DNA from: Terriglobales bacterium
GTDB taxonomy: Bacteria > Acidobacteriota > Terriglobia > Terriglobales > Acidobacteriaceae
Reading direction: 5' to 3'
DNA: 64,000 nt
Assembly: GCA_035272625.1 (NCBI GenBank)
Contig: DATEQN010000045.1
Location: 5,918 to 69,917 of the forward strand
The number at the start of each line of letters is the position of its first letter. Positions within the stretch are counted from its first letter, which is position 1. Below, in pieces: positions 37,873 to 46,708 of this stretch. The notes beneath the pieces were generated by a model that worked only from the letters and a program-made list of their open reading frames with translations, was not told where the DNA came from and did no database searches. The translations under genes were made by a program, and so were the position numbers.

Positions 37873-37899
37873 AGATCGGCAGAGTCGGGAAAAACTTTA
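37873..37899 (-). promoter_or_regulatory. Sigma-28 (FliA)-type promoter P2 upstream of flgM
   Basis: The minus strand reads TAAAGTTT-N11-GCCGATCT, which matches the extended consensus TAAAGTTT-N11-GCCGATAA at 14 of 16 positions. Confidence 0.65.
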
Positions 37900-37921
37900 G
37901 CGCTCGCACTGAAACCCCCGT

Positions 37922-38257
37922 TCACCCTCCACCCGATACCTTTGGTGGCTGCAAATGGCGCAAGATGAGCTGCGCGATGCCAATCCCACCCCGGGCCGCG
38001 ATTGCCTGTGCCAGCGCCTGAGTCCCCAGGGCGCGATAATCGCTCGCCCCCGGAGTTTTGGCGTCTTCGGAGTCGCCGGCAAACGTCTTCTGCAAAGAGT
38101 CGAGCACCGGTGTGAGCAGCAGGGCTTCAAAGTCGCGCGCAGCTTTTTCATTTTTCGCGACGTCGCTCCTTGAAACCGCTTTCGCAGCCGGGGCGCTAGC
38201 CGTGGTCATGCGATTCAAACTGGCAGGGAGCGAGACATTCATGGGATCACCCAGCAT
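37922..38257 (-). CDS. flgJ: Rod-binding protein (FlgJ N-terminal domain only; no muramidase domain)
   Basis: 111 aa. AARDFEALLLTPVLDSLQKTF is the Rod-binding (FlgJ N-terminal) motif. The ATG overlaps the flgI stop (TGATG). Confidence 0.7.
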   Translation of the reverse strand: MLGDPMNVSLPASLNRMTTASAPAAKAVSRSDVAKNEKAARDFEALLLTPVLDSLQKTFAGDSEDAKTPGASDYRALGTQALAQAIAARGGIGIAQLILRHLQPPKVSGGG

Positions 38258-39361
38258 CAGATCACCTCCAGATCAGCATCGAGGGCGCCGGCCGCTTTGA
38301 TCGCCTGCAAAATCGAGATCACGTCGCGCGCCGTCGCGCCCATGTTGTGCAATCCTCCGACCAAGTCGTCGATGCTGGCACCTTCGCCGATCTCGAGGCG
38401 TTTCGCGGGACTGTCCTTGGCCTGCACTTCGGTCTGGCCCACGACCTCGGTTTTTCCCGCCGAGAGCGGCGCCGGCTGGGAAACGGAATACTCGGTCTGG
38501 ATCTGCACCGAGAATCCGCCATGCAGAATGGACACCGCTCCGAGCCGTACGTCTTTCCCCATTACGATGGTTCCCGTACGTTCGCTGATTACGACCGGCG
38601 CGCCGGTGTACGGGCACGGCAAGGTTCTCGATGCGAGCCAGCATCGCCGTCAGGTTCGTCAAGCCGGTTGCCGCCGGATCGACTTCAACGCGTCCCCCGT
38701 CGCGGGCGCTCGCGACCGGGTGTCCGAATTCGCGGTTGATGGCATCGGAGATTTCGCCCGCCGTCGAGAAATCCGACTCGCGCAAAAGCAGCGAAACCGG
38801 AGCCAGGCGGTTGAAATCAAAGGCCAGACTGCGTTCCACCCGGCCCCCCGCCGGAACTCTTCCCGTCGTGGGGTGGTTCATCTGCTTGCTCGCACCCGCG
38901 CCTCCAGCCGCAAAACCGCCCACCGCGACCGGACCTTGCGCGGCGGCATAGACTTGCCCGTCTGCGCCGTACAGCGGCGTCATCAGGAGCACCCCACCCT
39001 CCAGACTCTTGGCGTCGCCGATCGAGGAAACGGTCACGTCCACCTGGGTGCCGGGCCGCGCGAACGCCGGCAGACTGGCGGTCACAAACACCGCCGCCAC
39101 ATTCTTGACGATCGCCGTCACCGGCGGAATCTGCGCGCCCAAGCGCTGCAGGATGTTGGCTAGGGTCTGGGTCGTGAACACGGTCTGCTGGCTGTCCCCG
39201 GTTTGCGTGAGCCCCACCACCATGCCGTAGCCGATCAGAGGATTTTCCCACACGCCTTCGACGCTCGTCAGATCGCGAATTTTGATTGCGACCGATTCGC
39301 TCGCCGAAAGCGTCCCGGAAAGCGCGAACAGCAGGAACCCGGTGGCCCAAGCGGCTTTCAT
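38257..39361 (-). pseudogene. flgI: Flagellar P-ring protein FlgI, interrupted by a 1-nt frameshift
   Basis: The N-terminal 250 aa (MKAAWATGFLLF...IRDLTSVEGV...LARIENLAVP) lie in one frame, from ATG 39361. The C-terminal 115 aa (YTGAPVVISERTGTIVMG...ILQAIKAAGALDADLEVI) lie in another frame, ending at 38257. The span is 1105 nt (3n+1). The junction lies near 38602-38617. Confidence 0.85.
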
Positions 39362-39414
39362 AGATCTCCTAAAAATAGATCGCCTGGAAATAGCTCTCCC
39401 AAAAAGCCGATCTT

Positions 39415-40095
39415 CTAAAAATCCAACAGGTGCAAGATGGTGCGCAGCACCCGGTTCGGCTGGCGCACGCTGTCCGAGATCACGCCTTTGCCCTTGATCT
39501 CGAGTTCCAGATCGCCAACGCTGTCGGAAGAGACGGTGTTGGTCGGTCCGATATCGCCGCGCCGCACCACTCCGCGTAACAAGATCGTCTGCTTCTCGTT
39601 GTTCATGCTGATGATGCGCCTGGCCTCCACCACCAGATTGCCGCTGGCGAGAACCGCTACGACACGGCCCGACAGTTTGGTGGTAATGCTCGTGGCCGTA
39701 GAAGCTGCACCTTTTCCGGCCAGGGCCTCGGATGAATTCAACCCGAGCAGGTTCGTCACCCCTCCAACATTGATCTTGCCGGGCAGCGAGCTGATGCCCG
39801 AACTGGTGGTCAGCGTGCGCGCCGTGTTCACGGAGTTCGCGTTCGTCGACGTCAATCCCTGCACCACGACAATCTCGACCGTGTCCCCGACAACCATCGC
39901 CTTGTAATCGGTGCTGAGCGAAGCCATCTTCCCCGTATCCATCCAGATGCTGCCGAGCGAAAGCGCCGGCGCGGCCGGCTGCGCCATCTCGACCCGGGCC
40001 ACGTATTTTGCCAGATTGTCTTTCTCGGCGTCGCGCTTCGACGCGTGGAGCCAGCCCGCGGTCAGCACAAACAGGCAACACAGCACGGTTTTCAC
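39415..40095 (-). CDS. flgH: Flagellar L-ring protein FlgH
   Basis: GSIWMDTGKMASLSTDYKAMVVGDTVEIVV...LSGRVVAVLASGNLVVEARRIISMNNEKQTILLRGVVRRGDI is the FlgH pattern. GTG 40095 is preceded by AAGGAGAG at 5-nt spacing. The longest ORF opens at 40122. Confidence 0.85.
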   Translation of the reverse strand: MKTVLCCLFVLTAGWLHASKRDAEKDNLAKYVARVEMAQPAAPALSLGSIWMDTGKMASLSTDYKAMVVGDTVEIVVVQGLTSTNANSVNTARTLTTSSGISSLPGKINVGGVTNLLGLNSSEALAGKGAASTATSITTKLSGRVVAVLASGNLVVEARRIISMNNEKQTILLRGVVRRGDIGPTNTVSSDSVGDLELEIKGKGVISDSVRQPNRVLRTILHLLDF

Positions 40096-40173
40096 TGGCG
40101 CTCTCCTTTGACTTGCTAACAACTTAATTGCTTACTAACAATTTACTTACTAACCGCGCTTACTGGTCGCCGA

Positions 40174-40836
40174 TTACTGCGGCACAGCTTCCAGCAGGGC
40201 GGGACCGGAAATCCGCGCCCGGAAAACCTCCCCATCCTGGTTGCGCACGCGAATGATTTCGCCCTCGCGCCCGCGATCCAGACAGGTCACACTCGCGGTG
40301 ATTCGCAAACGGTCGGATACGAACACCGCTGTCGCCCGGTCTCCGGCGAGCACCGTTGGTTTTGGCGGGGGTTTCAGCGGAGCACCCGAAGCCGGGCGCG
40401 GCTCCGATTCCAGCCGGCACGACCCGAAGCGCCTGCCTGCGGGTACCTTGCCATCGTCATGGGTGTGAACCTCGACACGGCTATAGACATAGACCAGAAA
40501 TGGCAGACACTGTCCGGGCTCGCCGCATTCCAGGCGAAATTGGGTGCGTTCGGGAACCCCCTCCGAGCAGGCCGACATGACCTGCAACTTCCGCCCGGCA
40601 ACCGCCGGGAGAGCCACCGGCAGATCGAGATCCTCGATCCGCGGCAACTGGTGTTCCGAAAGCCCTCGTTGGCGGAGTTCGGCCACTACCGCCCGCCACA
40701 CTTCCTGCCGTGTCACCGGGGTCGGCTGCGCGGCAGGCTGCGGGGCGAGATCTTCGGCTGCGAGCCGCGAGTCCGCGATGATTTCGAAGGCGAACAGGAA
40801 GCAGGCGAGAATCAAGCGGACAGTCACTCGGGTCAC
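40174..40836 (-). CDS. flgA: Flagellar basal-body P-ring formation chaperone FlgA
   Basis: Signal-like N-terminus. The C-terminal VLAGDRATAVFVSDRLRITASVTCLDRGREGEIIRVRNQDGEVFRARI fits the FlgA/SAF-type domain. GTG start. Confidence 0.75.
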   Translation of the reverse strand: MTRVTVRLILACFLFAFEIIADSRLAAEDLAPQPAAQPTPVTRQEVWRAVVAELRQRGLSEHQLPRIEDLDLPVALPAVAGRKLQVMSACSEGVPERTQFRLECGEPGQCLPFLVYVYSRVEVHTHDDGKVPAGRRFGSCRLESEPRPASGAPLKPPPKPTVLAGDRATAVFVSDRLRITASVTCLDRGREGEIIRVRNQDGEVFRARISGPALLEAVPQ

Positions 40837-40863
40837 TCTACTTTCTCAGACTGCTCTTTCACG

Positions 40864-41655
40864 CTACTTTCCCAGGTTGTTGACGAGCTGAAGCATTTCG
40901 TCGGCGGCCTGCACCACGCGGGAACTGGCTTCGTAGGATCGCTGCGCCACGATCATGTTGATAAACTCGTCGACCACGCTGACGTTGGACTGCTCCAGAT
41001 ACCCTTACTCGATCTGTCCTAAACCAGCGCTGCTGCCCGGGGTGCCGATGACGGGATCGCCCGATGCGGTGGTGGCTAAATACTGGTTCTGGCCGACGCT
41101 GTTTAATCCGCCCGGATTTGGAAACAGCGCCAGTTGTAGGCTGCCCACCTGCTGCGCCGCAGCTTGCCCAGCGAGGGTGACCGACACGGTGCCATCCGAC
41201 GCAATCGTGACCGAGGTGGCGCCCGCCGGGATCGCCACGGCGGGCTGCAGCGGGTTCCCGTCGGCGGTCACCACATTGCCTTGCGCGTCCTGATGAAATT
41301 CGCCACTGCGCGTATAGGCGATCTGACCCGTCGGCAACAGCACCTGAAACAATCCCTGCCCTTCGATGGCCAAATCGAGCGGGTTTCCGGTCTGACTCAG
41401 GTCGCCCTGCAGTTGCAGGATTTCCGAGGCCGCGGAACGCGTGCCCAGTCCAACCTGCAGACCGGTGGCCACCGTGGTCTGCTGCGAAGCAGCCGCGCCT
41501 GGCATCACCACGTTCTGGTAGATAAGATCCTGGAACTGCATGCGGCGGCTCTGGAAGCCGGCGGTGCTGGAGTTGGACAGGTTATTGGCAATGGTATCCA
41601 GATTCGTTTGCTGCGCCTGCATGCCGGTAGCGGCGGTGTAGAGTGCTCGAAACAT
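40864..41655 (-). pseudogene. flgG: Flagellar distal rod protein FlgG with an in-frame TAA at codon 217
   Basis: MFRALYTAATGMQAQQTNLDTIANNLSNSSTAGF...GLGQIE then TAA (41005-41007). The same frame continues [46 protein letters not shown] to TAG at 40864. The stop sits where FlgG proteins normally have Q in the QGYLE motif. Confidence 0.85.
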
Positions 41656-41663
41656 AATTCCTC

Positions 41664-42440
41664 CTAAACTTTTGCCAGGTCAGTGCTGGCAATGTGGTTA
41701 AATTCGGTGTCAAACAGCGACATACACCGCTGCAGCATTTCGGCCTGCCGTTGCACCCCGATCAGCGTCAGCACCGAACTGACCGAGTTCACGTTCGAAG
41801 ATTCGAGTGCGCCCTGCTTGAGCGAGGACTGCTGCGCTGGCTTCGCGCTACTCTCGGGGGCAGCGATCAAGCTTTCACCCTCGGAGGTAAGCTTGGTGCC
41901 CGGAGCGAATTCCACTAACTGGATGCTGCCCGCGACCGCGCCGTTCACCGAGAGTGTCCCGTCCGGTGCAATTGAAATCACTCCCGCCGGAACCGTGATC
42001 CCACCCTTATCTTTACCTTTGAGCGCCAGGTTGCCGAGCACCAGATCGCCCGCTGCTGTCACCAGTTGCCCGCTGCTCGAGACCTGGAAACCTCCATTGC
42101 GCGTGTAGCGTGTGCCCAGCGCGGTCTGAATGGCAAAAAAACCGCCACCTTCGATCCCCACATCCAGCGGGTTGCCAGTCGCTGCCAGATTGCCCGCGGT
42201 CAGGTCCAGGTGCGTCCCTTCGAGCACTCCAAAATTGTTGGTTGCCGAGTTGAGAACCGAGTTGAGAACGTTATTGAGCACATTTGGGTCGGTTGGGCGC
42301 GCCGCCACCAGCGACTGGAAGGTTGTCTGTTGCCCGCGAAACCCGGCTGTATTCAGATTGGCTAGATTGTGGGCTGCCACTTCGAGTCCCTGGCTCTGCG
42401 CTCGCAGCCCGGCGCACGCCGCGTAGAATCCACTGTCCAC
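41664..42440 (-). CDS. flgF: Flagellar proximal rod protein FlgF
   Basis: MDSGFYAACAGLRAQSQGLEVAAHNLANLNTAGFRG N-terminus and LKQGALESSNVNSVSSVLTLIGVQRQAEM C-terminus are rod-protein signatures. It lies upstream of flgG. Confidence 0.85.
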   Translation of the reverse strand: MDSGFYAACAGLRAQSQGLEVAAHNLANLNTAGFRGQQTTFQSLVAARPTDPNVLNNVLNSVLNSATNNFGVLEGTHLDLTAGNLAATGNPLDVGIEGGGFFAIQTALGTRYTRNGGFQVSSSGQLVTAAGDLVLGNLALKGKDKGGITVPAGVISIAPDGTLSVNGAVAGSIQLVEFAPGTKLTSEGESLIAAPESSAKPAQQSSLKQGALESSNVNSVSSVLTLIGVQRQAEMLQRCMSLFDTEFNHIASTDLAKV

Positions 42441-42899
42441 GTTGGCTCCTTGTGGTTAAACAGGGAGCAAGCCAATCGCCACGACGGAGAAAGGAACGTT
42501 TTCACAAATGACCATGTTCTGAACCGCTTAGCAGTGGAGGCCGGCAAAAGAAACATTGGAAGCGCCTTAGAGTTTGCGGGTGGGGAAAACTCTGCCGAGC
42601 GCGACCCGGCAAAGTTTTCTCAAGAAGGTAGAGACTTGGCATATCGATTTGGGGGATCAGTTGTTGAGTTGAAGACGAACGGCAACCGGTGCGCCCTCAA
42701 ACACCATGGCCGTTTCCATGAGATTTCCCTCGGCCAGCGAATAGAAGTTGTATTCTCCGCCGCTGATGACGGTGGGCACGAGAACCTTGTAGCCGAAATA
42801 TGGGAGAGTCGGGACTTCTGTAACCGGAGACCGATTTCAGCCGGTACCCGCGCCTTCGCCCTTAATCTTCCCCAAATCCGTTATGCTTAGTGGAGACTT

Positions 42900-43346
42900 A
42901 TGACCCTGCTCGACGCCCAGCCCTACGACACGGCGAAAGCACGGCGGCGAAAGATCCAGATCGCGGTCGCCATTTTGTCCGTGATCGCTCTGGCTGTGCT
43001 CGCCTGGATGTACCGCAACTGGCCCGAAGAGCACTCCGTGGACAAGTTCTTCACCGCGCTGCAGCAGCAGCATTATGAGACCGCTTACGGCATTTATTTC
43101 AGCGATCCCGGCTGGCGCCAGCATCAGCAGAAATATTCCCAATACACGTATGCGGACTTCTATCGCGACTGGGGGCCGGGAGGCGAATGGGGCCTTATCA
43201 AGTCCCACAGAATCTACGGATCGGCGAACACCAAAGGTTTTGGTGGCGGAGGCGTTGTGGTCGAGGTGATCGTCAATGAGCGCGCCGAGCACGCCCGCAT
43301 GTTCGTGCAGAAATCAGACAAGACACTGACGGTGTATCCGTACTAG
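42900..43346 (+). CDS. Hypothetical membrane-anchored protein (148 aa)
   Basis: ATG ORF with a single N-terminal TM helix (IQIAVAILSVIALAVLAWMY). I recognise no family motif. Confidence 0.55.
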   Translation: MTLLDAQPYDTAKARRRKIQIAVAILSVIALAVLAWMYRNWPEEHSVDKFFTALQQQHYETAYGIYFSDPGWRQHQQKYSQYTYADFYRDWGPGGEWGLIKSHRIYGSANTKGFGGGGVVVEVIVNERAEHARMFVQKSDKTLTVYPY

Positions 43347-43347
43347 A

Positions 43348-43416
43348 GTGGGGACGGGCGCCCTCGCGAGCCTGCCGTGAGCTAAGTCGAAGGGTCCAAG
43401 CCGAGCGCAGCTCGCC
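43348..43416. repeat. Family B REP-like element, partial inverted copy between convergent genes
   Basis: GTGGGGACGGGCGCCCTCGC and CCAAGCCGAGCGCAGCTCG are reverse complements of parts of 33231-33310. Confidence 0.6.
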
Positions 43417-43418
43417 AG

Positions 43419-44375
43419 CTACACCACCGTGGCCGCAATCTGCGCCAGCGTCTTTTGCAGCGACACATCATCCCCCACCGTCACGCAGGTCTTGGAGCGG
43501 TCGATCTGCCGCATCAGTCCCCACAGAACCTTTCCCGGACCAACTTCGACAAACAGGTCGACCCCCTTTTCGATCAGCAGCCGCACCGACGGTTCCCACC
43601 TCACCGAGCCGGTCACCTGGCGAATCAGGGCTTCGCGCGAAGCCTCCGCGGAAGTAGCGATCGCAGCATCGACATTACAGACCACCGGGTATGACGGATT
43701 CTGAAAACTCAGCCCGCGCAGGTCTCGCGCCAGACGATCCTGTGCCGGTTGCATCAGCGAGCAATGGAAAGGTGCGCTAACTGGCAGGCTCACCGCCTTC
43801 TTCGCTCCGCGTTCGTGGGCCAGCTTGATGGCTCGGTCCACTGCGCCGGCGTTTCCCGAGATCACGATCTGTTCGGGCGAGTTAATATTTGCCGCCTGGC
43901 ACACTTCTCCATTCGCTGCATCGATCGTTATTTCGCTGACCTGGTCGAACGGCATCCCAAGAATCGCCGCCATCGCGCCCACGCCCACCGGCACCGCCTC
44001 CTGCATATACTTGCCGCGATTGCGAACCGTCCGCAGCGCATCGGCAAAGGTTAACGTGCCCGCGGCTACGTGCGCCGAATACTCGCCCAGGCTGTGCCCG
44101 GCGACAAAATCTGGCTTCAAACCTTTTTCCTGCAGCACCCGCCACGCCGCAACCGAAGCCGTCAGGATGGCCGGCTGCGTGATCTCGGTCAGTTTCAATT
44201 TCTCTTCCGGACCATCAAAACAAAGCTGCGACAGCTTGTAGCCGAGCGCCTCGTCGGCTTCTTCAAAGGTTCGACGGGCAACCGGGTAGTCGTCCGCCAG
44301 CTCTTTGCCCATGCCAACGGCTTGCGAACCTTGGCCGGGAAAAAGAAAAGCAATTCGAGAAGCACTGTTCGTCAT
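43419..44375 (-). CDS. fabD: Malonyl-CoA:ACP transacylase
   Basis: IAFLFPGQGSQAVGMGKEL, the GHSLGEYSA active-site motif and its position after plsX. ATG 44375; the longest ORF opens at 44471. Confidence 0.9.
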   Translation of the reverse strand: MTNSASRIAFLFPGQGSQAVGMGKELADDYPVARRTFEEADEALGYKLSQLCFDGPEEKLKLTEITQPAILTASVAAWRVLQEKGLKPDFVAGHSLGEYSAHVAAGTLTFADALRTVRNRGKYMQEAVPVGVGAMAAILGMPFDQVSEITIDAANGEVCQAANINSPEQIVISGNAGAVDRAIKLAHERGAKKAVSLPVSAPFHCSLMQPAQDRLARDLRGLSFQNPSYPVVCNVDAAIATSAEASREALIRQVTGSVRWEPSVRLLIEKGVDLFVEVGPGKVLWGLMRQIDRSKTCVTVGDDVSLQKTLAQIAATVV

Positions 44376-44388
44376 ATGAAAGAGCGAA

Positions 44389-44492
44389 GTCAGAGGTTGG
44401 AGGTCAGATTGCAGAGGTAAGAAACCATCGCTGCAAACGCCGTCGGCAATCGCGGGATTTTCACTCTGCAATCTGACCTCTAATCTCTGACC
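44389..44492. repeat. Family C hairpin element filling the plsX-fabD spacer
   Basis: The left arm GTCAGAGGTTGGAGGTCAGATTGCAGAGG (44389-44417) is complementary to the right arm CACTCTGCAATCTGACCTCTAATCTCTGACC (44462-44492). Confidence 0.7.
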
Positions 44493-44495
44493 TTC

Positions 44496-45506
44496 CTAGA
44501 CCGCCGCGCTCAGTTGCGCTAATTCCCGCTCGATGGTCTCGTTTACTTTGCCCTCGGCGAATTCCGCCGCCACTCGCACCGCGTTCTTGATGGCATTCGT
44601 ATTCGACGATCCGTGCGTGATGATACACACGCCTTTTACGCCCAGCAGCGGCGCGCCGCCATATTCCGTGTGATCCAGCCGCTTCTTGAAATCGGAAAAC
44701 GCGTTGCGCGAAAGATACGCGCCCACCTGCCGCGTGATCGTTGACTTCAAGGTTTCTTTGAGCACGGCGCGCACCAGCCGCGCCACGCCTTCCGAAGTCT
44801 TTAACGCAACATTGCCCACAAAGCCGTCGGCCACGATCACGTCCACATGGCCGTTGTATAAATCGCGGCCTTCCACATTGCCGATAAAATTAATCGGCAG
44901 CCGCTTGAGCAGTTGAAACGCCTCGCGCGTCAGGTCGTTGCCTTTGCCTTCTTCTTCTCCAATTGAAAGCAGTCCCACCCGCGGATGCTTCATGCCGAAA
45001 ATCGATCGGCAGTAGATATCCCCCATCACCGCGAACTGCTCCAGATTGACCGGGGTGCAATCCACATTCGCGCCCACGTCCAACAAAACGGCAGCCGTAT
45101 TATTGACCGTTGGGAATGCCGCCGCCAGCGCCGGACGATCCACTCCCGGCAGCGCCCCCAGCACCACTTTGGCCGTGGCCATGGCAGCGCCCGTGTTGCC
45201 CGCCGTGACGAAGCCCGCGGCACGGCCTTCGCGCACCAGTCGCAGTCCGACGCGGATCGACGAATCGCGCTTGGCGCGAATCGCGTCCACTTTGTCTTCC
45301 ATGGTGATGACTTCGCTGGCGTGAACCACATCAACCGGCAGCCGCCGCGCGCCAGGATAGCGTGCCAGTTCGGCCCGCAACCGCGGTTCCGGGCCCACCA
45401 GAAGCACGCGGACGCCGTGATGGCGTGCCGCCTGCAATGCGCCTTCAATCTCCGGTTTCGGCGCCTTGTCGGACCCCATCGCATCGAGTGCGATTACGCT
45501 AGGCAT
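44496..45506 (-). CDS. plsX: Phosphate:acyl-ACP acyltransferase PlsX
   Basis: 336 aa. [20 protein letters not shown] and FVGNVEG blocks, in the rpmF-plsX-fabD context. Confidence 0.9.
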   Translation of the reverse strand: MPSVIALDAMGSDKAPKPEIEGALQAARHHGVRVLLVGPEPRLRAELARYPGARRLPVDVVHASEVITMEDKVDAIRAKRDSSIRVGLRLVREGRAAGFVTAGNTGAAMATAKVVLGALPGVDRPALAAAFPTVNNTAAVLLDVGANVDCTPVNLEQFAVMGDIYCRSIFGMKHPRVGLLSIGEEEGKGNDLTREAFQLLKRLPINFIGNVEGRDLYNGHVDVIVADGFVGNVALKTSEGVARLVRAVLKETLKSTITRQVGAYLSRNAFSDFKKRLDHTEYGGAPLLGVKGVCIITHGSSNTNAIKNAVRVAAEFAEGKVNETIERELAQLSAAV

Positions 45507-45528
45507 GGAGGATGACGGAAAAAGGCAA

Positions 45529-45714
45529 CTAGGACTTCTCTTCGACCTCTACAACTTCGCGGCCCTTGTAGGTTCCACACTTCGGGCACGCACGATGCGG
45601 CATCTTCCGCTCATGGCAGTTCGGACACTCCGACAGCGAGTGCTTCGAGAGCGAGTCATGAGCGCGCCGCGTAGCGGTGCGCTTCTGGGAATGTCTGCGT
45701 TTCGGATTCGGCAT
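45529..45714 (-). CDS. rpmF: 50S ribosomal protein L32
   Basis: 61 aa. [22 protein letters not shown] with a CxxC...CxxC zinc knuckle. Confidence 0.9.
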   Translation of the reverse strand: MPNPKRRHSQKRTATRRAHDSLSKHSLSECPNCHERKMPHRACPKCGTYKGREVVEVEEKS

Positions 45715-45735
45715 GAAGTTCCTTTGCAGTTCTTC

Positions 45736-46287
45736 TTATTGAGTCAACTTATCGCGTATCTCTTTCAGCGCCGACCAGCGCGGGTCTTCGACTTCATCCA
45801 CGCACGAGCACTGAATTTCGTTCAAATTCTTGCCGCAGTGCGGACACAGACCTTTGCAATCTTCGCGGCAAATGGTCTTCAAGGGCAGCGCCAGCAATAC
45901 CTGCTCGCGCAAAGTGTCTTCCAGCAACAATCCTTCGCCTTCGTAATACCCGATCTCGGCCTCAGCGTCGGTGACCGAAAGCTCTTCATGCCCGGAATCG
46001 GTTCCAAGCGGCCGGTACAAAAGATCGAAGCTGCGCTCCACCTGGTGCACGACCGGATCGAGACAACGCGCACAAGGCACTTCCAGGCTCGTCTCCAGCT
46101 TGCCCTTCACCCGGATATCCTGTACCACCTTGTGCTTGCCGTGATGCTCCTCGACCAGATCGGCCCGGCCTTCGCTGCGCAGCGGCGACCGCTGGTGGAC
46201 CTCCGCGCCCAGATCAATCGCACCCGGGCTGAGCTCCTCCCGGAAATCGACCGGGTGAATCTCCAGATCCTTAAGTTCGATGAACAT
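45736..46287 (-). CDS. yceD: YceD/DUF177 family protein (large ribosomal RNA subunit accumulation)
   Basis: 183 aa, upstream of rpmF. C-terminal CREDCKGLCPHCGKNLN zinc-ribbon-like motif typical of DUF177. Confidence 0.8.
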   Translation of the reverse strand: MFIELKDLEIHPVDFREELSPGAIDLGAEVHQRSPLRSEGRADLVEEHHGKHKVVQDIRVKGKLETSLEVPCARCLDPVVHQVERSFDLLYRPLGTDSGHEELSVTDAEAEIGYYEGEGLLLEDTLREQVLLALPLKTICREDCKGLCPHCGKNLNEIQCSCVDEVEDPRWSALKEIRDKLTQ

Positions 46288-46456
46288 TGGAACTTGGAAC
46301 CTCCGCCGCCCCCACTCAAATTACCGCAAAGGCCCGCGGAAGTGCGCACAGAGACGAAAGTCTCCCAGGGAGCAATGATTAAGAATAAAGGCCAAGAATA
46401 GCGGTGTCAAGGAGGGGACGCGAAACCTCGGCCTAGGAATGTGCTAGACTATCCCT

Positions 46457-46708
46457 ATGCCAACCCTATACGTAGAAAACGTGCCCAAAGACCTCTACGA
46501 AGCCCTGCGCGCCCGCGCCCGCAAGAACCGGAGCTCCATCGCCGCCGAGGTGATCTCTCTGCTGGAGCAGTTCGTTCCAACCCCCGCGGAATTGCGCCGC
46601 CGGATGCGGGCGTATGAAGAGCTCATGCGGCTGCAAGCTTCCACGCCTCCCGGCCCGGGGCCGTTTCAAAGCACAGAAGAGATGATCCGCGAGGATCGTG
46701 AACGGTGA
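46457..46708 (+). CDS. vapB: Type II antitoxin, ribbon-helix-helix (FitA/VapB-like)
   Basis: 83 aa. MPTLYVENVPKDLYEALRARARKNRSSIAAEVISLLEQ is an Arc/RHH pattern. Its stop overlaps the PIN gene start (GTGA). Confidence 0.7.
   Translation: MPTLYVENVPKDLYEALRARARKNRSSIAAEVISLLEQFVPTPAELRRRMRAYEELMRLQASTPPGPGPFQSTEEMIREDRER

Noticed and set aside
38273-40081. 602-aa minus-strand ORF spanning flgH and flgI
   Set aside because: It is a chimera. Its first 240 codons are an alternative frame across flgH, its middle is the true FlgI N-terminus, and its tail is the out-of-frame continuation after the flgI frameshift.
42441-42899. Possible gene or promoter in the 460-nt region upstream of flgF (173-aa plus-strand ORF 42369-42890; short minus-strand frame ending LQLNN)
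   Set aside because: The plus-strand ORF overlaps the flgF start and lacks motifs. The minus-strand frame has no start codon giving more than 40 aa. I could not find a convincing sigma-28, sigma-54 or sigma-70 promoter.
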